From positions 29,966,672 to 30,006,946 of the forward strand of contig NC_068992.1 in NCBI RefSeq assembly GCF_001194135.2: a DNA stretch of 40,275 nucleotides. Reading direction: 5' to 3'. This stretch comes from Octopus bimaculoides. Taxonomy: Eukaryota. The notes beneath the pieces were generated by a model that worked only from the letters and a program-made list of their open reading frames with translations, did no database searches and was not told the origin of the DNA. The position numbers were made by a program, and so were the translations under genes. Numbering within the stretch: the first letter of the stretch is position 1; every line of letters starts with the position of its first letter. Shown here one piece after another: positions 35,781 through 40,275 of this stretch.

Positions 35781-38700
35781 AAGTGCATGTAAGGGAGCGT
35801 AGTTACAAGTTCTACTCTGGATATAGCGTTTATTTTGGTTTTGATTATTGTTACAGCAGTGCTATCAGAATATATAGATTTCCATAAGTGAGAGGCCTCT
35901 ATGTTTAAAAAAGAAACTAAATTTTCATAAGATCGCACTTTACCAATTTCAGAAAATAATTCTGTTATATATATTATACTCGTATAAATTGAATGTATAG
36001 AGTTGAAATATCTTTGGCCATTGTTCTACTCGATCATGGCCGACTAGAGAAAAAGTAAAAGCAGCACCTCATTGTGAACCCATACATGAATTTAAGTGTT
36101 CAAACGAGTTCTCATTGCTCAATAAATACTTATAAGAAAACTCAAATTAAGTATACTTTGCCTTTCTTTATTTCAAGAAATGTTTTATGATCAAATTCGT
36201 TTCAGTCGTGACCATTCCTTATTATACTGCGACATACATTATCAGGAAATATTTTATCCAAACATCTTTCATTCGTCGCTTCACATTCGTTATAAAGCAA
36301 ATTTCAGTGCAGTCGCTAGGAGGACCAACGATAAATATTGGGGTGCATGTTAAGCTTAATCAGTATAAGTCGTTGCCTAAAAGAAAATGCGAATTTATGA
36401 GGAGATACGAACTCATTAGTTATTATCCACTATATAATTACCTACCTACATAATGCATAATCAAACATTTAAATACTTCCGTTTTTTCATCACTTACAAT
36501 GTTCATTGTTATGTACGGCTCATTCTTTTGAAGATTTCTTTCTCTCTTTTCAGCTTTAGTTTTTTGTATTTTTTATATTTCCTCTTCACTGCTTTCGCAT
36601 TGTGAATAATTCATTCGTTATTCCGCTTAAATGTTACATGGATATATCATTTATTTCGCATAATGAACACTGTCTTTCAGCTATATATCCTGTTTTGATT
36701 CTCATGATTTTTTCTTCAATTGGACAAAATTACTTTAAAACACAAAAAAAGAAATTAACAAAAGCAAGTAAATTGAACAAACAAAAAGCACAAGGAACGA
36801 ACAAAAACAAAGAAAATGAACAAACAATGAAAAAAATAAGTAAAATGAACAAACAATCATGTTTAGCATTTCTAAGAGCGGAAGTTTGTGTAGTTCGTTT
36901 GAATAGCGACTTTGTTTAAAAAGTGTTTTTTGCCATTGATTCGAATTTATTAGAAAACGTCTTTCGAGAAACATTGTTGAAAATTGCAGGCGATCAAGAG
37001 ATTGACATTTTCTTCATATTTATTATACTTATATACTTATATTGCAATACAGACGCATCCAAATATCAGCGACACAAAATATAAGTATCACACGTATATG
37101 TATGTGTATATATATAGGCATACTTATACATGTGATTCTTCTAAAACTATTAATAATTTTTGGGTAAATACAATGAATGAAAATGTATGGAAATCCGGAA
37201 GTGGAGCATAAGGCTGAGCATCATACTAATCCAATACACGTGTATATTTTATCAATAAGGAAAACATCTTTATTTATCTAAAAGCTCTGTCTACTTTGTA
37301 AAATGAAATGTTATCAGTTAAGATCTATAAATATATTGCCATTTGTGATTCGTGTAATGGCTTTAAAATACCAAACTTAAATACTACCAGATTGTTGATA
37401 TTTTCCTCGAAGTTGAATAGTTATTTGCAACAATTTAAGATCAAAAGTAGATGATAAAGATTTTAGAATGAGATATTTTTTGCAGCACAAGGAAAAGACA
37501 AGACGATACAAAACACAGGCAAACAGACACCTACACAGGCACACACATTGAATCTCTTCACATTCTCATTACCTCTGATGTACTGTTGTAATTATTGTCA
37601 AGATCCATTCCATGAACAAAAGCGTATAGAAAGTATGTATATAAGTTTGTGTAATTAAGCTAGAGTGTGTATTTACACAAGTATATGAATGCGAGGAGAA
37701 AGGGAATCGGAAAATATCTATAAAGCGAATTTCTTACTGTGCAAAATGAATAGGCCATCATCACGATAAAGACCGACCTATGAATAGTGTTAAGTCTGCC
37801 GGTATATGTCAAAAGTTTGCATTACTATTAATCACCTGACCCATATCATAGCAGTCAATGGCTATATTGCACAATTACCGTCCCACCTTTATATATTTCC
37901 ATTCTTTAACTTTGTACCCATATACAACTGTGGCGAGTGGGACTGTTAAATATAAACTGAGTCAGTAGAACATTAGTCGAACGCTCTTAATCGATATGGG
38001 GCAAGTAAAAATGTTTTAACTAACATCGCATAGGATGTGCATAACTATAAACACAACACTAAAATAAGGACAATATAAAGGAGCCGTTCTCTTTACATAG
38101 AGCACTGCAAGCAATGAGCCATGACTTATAACTGAAATCCATATTTTGTCTGAATGAATTCAGAAAAAAAGAATACGCATGACTTAGTAAAAAATTTAGA
38201 TATATTTGATGCAGAGACAAAATAGTATTAATCCTCCAAAATTAGTTTTCATAATGGAAAATAGTACATAAGTAGAAGAAATCAATACTTGGTTGATACT
38301 GGAGGATAAATGGACTCTCATTGTAGTATCTATCTATCTGTATGTATGCATACACATACGTACATATGTATGTGTATACATATTTATACATATATGTATA
38401 TATATATATATATATNNNNNNNNNNNNNNNNNNNNNNNNNNNNNNNNNNNNNNNNNNNNNNNNNNNNNNNNNNNNNNNNNNNNNNNNNNNNNNNNNNNNN
38501 NNNNNNNNNNNNNNNNNNNNNNNNNNNNNNNNNNNNNNNNNNNNNNNNNNNNNNNNNNNNNNNNNNNNNNNNNNNNNNNNNNNNNNNNNNNNNNNNNNNN
38601 NNNNNNNNNNNNNNNNNNNNNNNNNNNNNNNNNNNNNNNNNNNNNNNNNNNNNNNNNNNNNNNNNNNNNNNNNNNNNNNNNNNNNNNNNNNNNNNNNNNN

Positions 38701-38883
38701 NNNNNNNNNNNNNNNNNNNNNNNNNNNNNNNNNNNNNNNNNNNNNNNNNNNNNNNNNNNNNNNNNNNNNNNNNNNNNNNNNNNNNNNNNNNNNNNNNNNN
38801 NNNNNNNNNNNNNNNNNNNNNNNNNNNNNNNNNNNNNNNNNNNNNNNNNNNNNNNNNNNNNNNNNNNNNNNNNNNNNNNNNNN

Positions 38884-38916
<33 letters not shown>

Positions 38917-38982
38917 GTGGAGGATGGAGCAACAAATACAAGAAGAAGCAATTTTGGGGGCTAGTTAGCCGTTGTTTTATTC

Positions 38983-39059
38983 TGTGGAGGTTATGTAATG
39001 AGTCATTGTGGAGGTTGAGGTTACGTAATGAGTCATTGTGGATGTTATGTAATAGTCAT
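38983..39059. repeat. Three tandem 23-30 bp units TGTGGAGGTTATGTAATGAGTCAT
   Basis: Units at 38983-39006, 39007-39036 and 39037-39059. Confidence 0.9.
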
Positions 39060-39108
39060 TTACGCACGTTTCAATCTTGCCAATGGTTTGGCAGATCTCT
39101 TCAGAATG
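39057..39108 (-). ncRNA. Type I hammerhead ribozyme, apparently intact, in PLE sense orientation
   Basis: CATT-CTGAAGA-GATCTGCCAA(ACCA)TTGGCAAGATT-GAAAC-GTGC-GTA-AATG. Stem I CATT/AATG, 10-bp stem II with one bulge, stem III with a 4-nt loop, GUA triplet; predicted cut between 39061 and 39060. Confidence 0.85.
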
Positions 39109-39464
39109 TTGAGGTGTATGGTAAGAGTTCAAGGTGTGAGAGATGTAGGAGAAGTGATTAGTGGATATATTAATGTATATGGTGGTATAATAATAGCGAT
39201 AGGTAAAGAAAGCCTTACATTTTAGTTGAAGNNNNNNNNNNTAGCGATAGGTAAAGAAAGCCTTACATTTTAGTTGAAGTTGTGTTGGTCTTCCTGTAAA
39301 GGGATGTAAGATGGGTGCTATTTAAGCTCATTATTCCGATTTTAATCAAATACATCTCCACGTAATTTTATGCTTGAAGGATGCGTCGTATATTTATAGC
39401 ACCGGCGGTGTTAGTACAGGGAAGCAACCCTAAATTTAGGTGAAAAGGGGGCTAACTCTGGTCT

Positions 39465-39696
39465 TATTCATATCTCATTATAATTAATTATACTTAGAAG
39501 GAAAATTCTTTAATGCATATTTAGTTTTACTTAGGAAGTGTACTGTATTATATATTTAATTATACTTAGAGAATGAGTATTTAGTAGCGTGAAGACAGAT
39601 TAGGCTAGATTCATATCTCCTATTATGTATTTAATTTTAGTTAGAGAATGAGTATTTAGTAGTGTGAAGACATAATAGGCTAGATTCATATCTCCT
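39465..39696. repeat. About 75-bp period tandem reiteration of the PLE ORF 3' end
   Basis: 39566-39621 and 39641-39696 are near-identical (TTAGAGAATGAGTATTTAGTAG(C/T)GTGAAGACA...GATTCATATCTCCT), with a more diverged copy near 39465-39500. Confidence 0.88.
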
Positions 39697-40275
39697 GTTT
39701 AATAGGTCATTCTTAGCCGTTAGGATCTCTAGGCGTTCAGTAAAGCATAAGTGACAGCGTCTGTTAGTTGGGTTATAGGAATTAGCTACTTTTAGTATGT
39801 GCCACTTTAGTTTATATTCTATCTTATTGTCGTTTAGTTCCCAGATATACCTACTAAGCTCTGTTGAATTTGCCTTATTTCTGTTTTTAAAACAGGATAC
39901 GTGCTCATTATATCTGAGGCGTATTTGGTCTTTCGTCGTCCCTATGTAAGATCTAGTGTGGCTGTTTGTTTGTACGTCACATTGGTAAACTATATCTTCG
40001 GTCTTACATCTATTGGAGAAATTACATTTATTCCTATCTCTACAGCCACATAGGTTGTAAGGGGTGTCTATGACTGTGTGTTGTTGTGTGGCCCTATTGT
40101 TTTTTTGGTGTGCGTCCCTCCTAGTAAGGGGTGTTGGATTAGGGTTGGAGTTAGTTCTATTAGTTGGAGGGTTGTTGATTTGGTTGTTCGTGGTGTTTCT
40201 AGCTGTATAGAATGCGTCTAATTTCTTATTATTAATAGAGGCTATTATGGTAGCTAAGTTACATGTTAGGCTGTG
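39637..40275 (-). CDS. Stop-free C-terminal 212 codons of a PLE RT-GIY-YIG polyprotein (open at the window end; not in the ORF track)
   Basis: Manual translation: HSLTCNLATIIASINNKKL...NLCGCRDRNKCNFSNRCKTEDIVYQCDVQTNSHTRSYIGTTKDQIRLRYNEHVSCFKNRNKANSTELSRYIWELNDNKIEYKLKWHILKVANSYNPTNRRCHLCFTERLEILTAKNDLLNRRYESSLLCLHTTKYSFSN* (TAA at 39637-39639). Confidence 0.93.
   Translation of the reverse strand, partial: HSLTCNLATIIASINNKKLDAFYTARNTTNNQINNPPTNRTNSNPNPTPLTRRDAHQKNNRATQQHTVIDTPYNLCGCRDRNKCNFSNRCKTEDIVYQCDVQTNSHTRSYIGTTKDQIRLRYNEHVSCFKNRNKANSTELSRYIWELNDNKIEYKLKWHILKVANSYNPTNRRCHLCFTERLEILTAKNDLLNRRYESSLLCLHTTKYSFSN

Larger units (their letters stand above)
38930..40275 (-). mobile_element. 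3' portion of a relatively young Penelope-like element (EN ORF, terminal repeats, HHR)
   Basis: Intact EN frame, 75-bp tandem reiterations over the ORF end, and a sense-strand HHR ~530 nt downstream; ends in (AT)n. Confidence 0.88.

Noticed and set aside
38960-39060. SECIS element in the ATGA...AA...GA tandem repeats
   Set aside because: The segments that would form helix II do not pair.
39194-39279. 38-bp direct repeat around a 10-N gap
   Set aside because: Typical unmerged contig overlap; assembly artefact.

Overview
AT-rich eukaryotic, repeat-dominated DNA from a gappy draft assembly: about 16 N-gaps, nearly all flanked by (TA)n/(CA)n/(CATA)n microsatellites. The SINE sequences and microsatellite load resemble an octopus (coleoid cephalopod) genome; this is my recognition, not a database result. 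No host protein-coding gene can be called with confidence, and most ORFs in the supplied track are microsatellite or gap artefacts. What is supported: (i) at least three Penelope-like retroelement (PLE) GIY-YIG endonuclease copies on the minus strand with a CxCx5C motif typical of the Naiad group. One, 39637-40275, is a stop-free 212-codon frame missed by the ORF track and running off the window end. (ii) A series of hammerhead-ribozyme (HHR) motifs, two of them apparently intact (9323-9368 and 39057-39108, both minus strand). (iii) A head-to-head inverted pair of a short element made of a tRNA-like head, a (TAA)n tract and a minimal HHR (9265-9980), the most unusual structure here. (iv) A 5'-truncated R4/Dong-type non-LTR retrotransposon (CCHC knuckle plus PD-(D/E)xK endonuclease) sitting in a (CATA)n tract. 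(v) Two decayed mariner transposases and a 122-bp mariner-type MITE. (vi) Several copies of a tRNA-derived SINE with an internal microsatellite. (vii) Long trinucleotide tracts. All RNA folds were done by eye and no searches were run.
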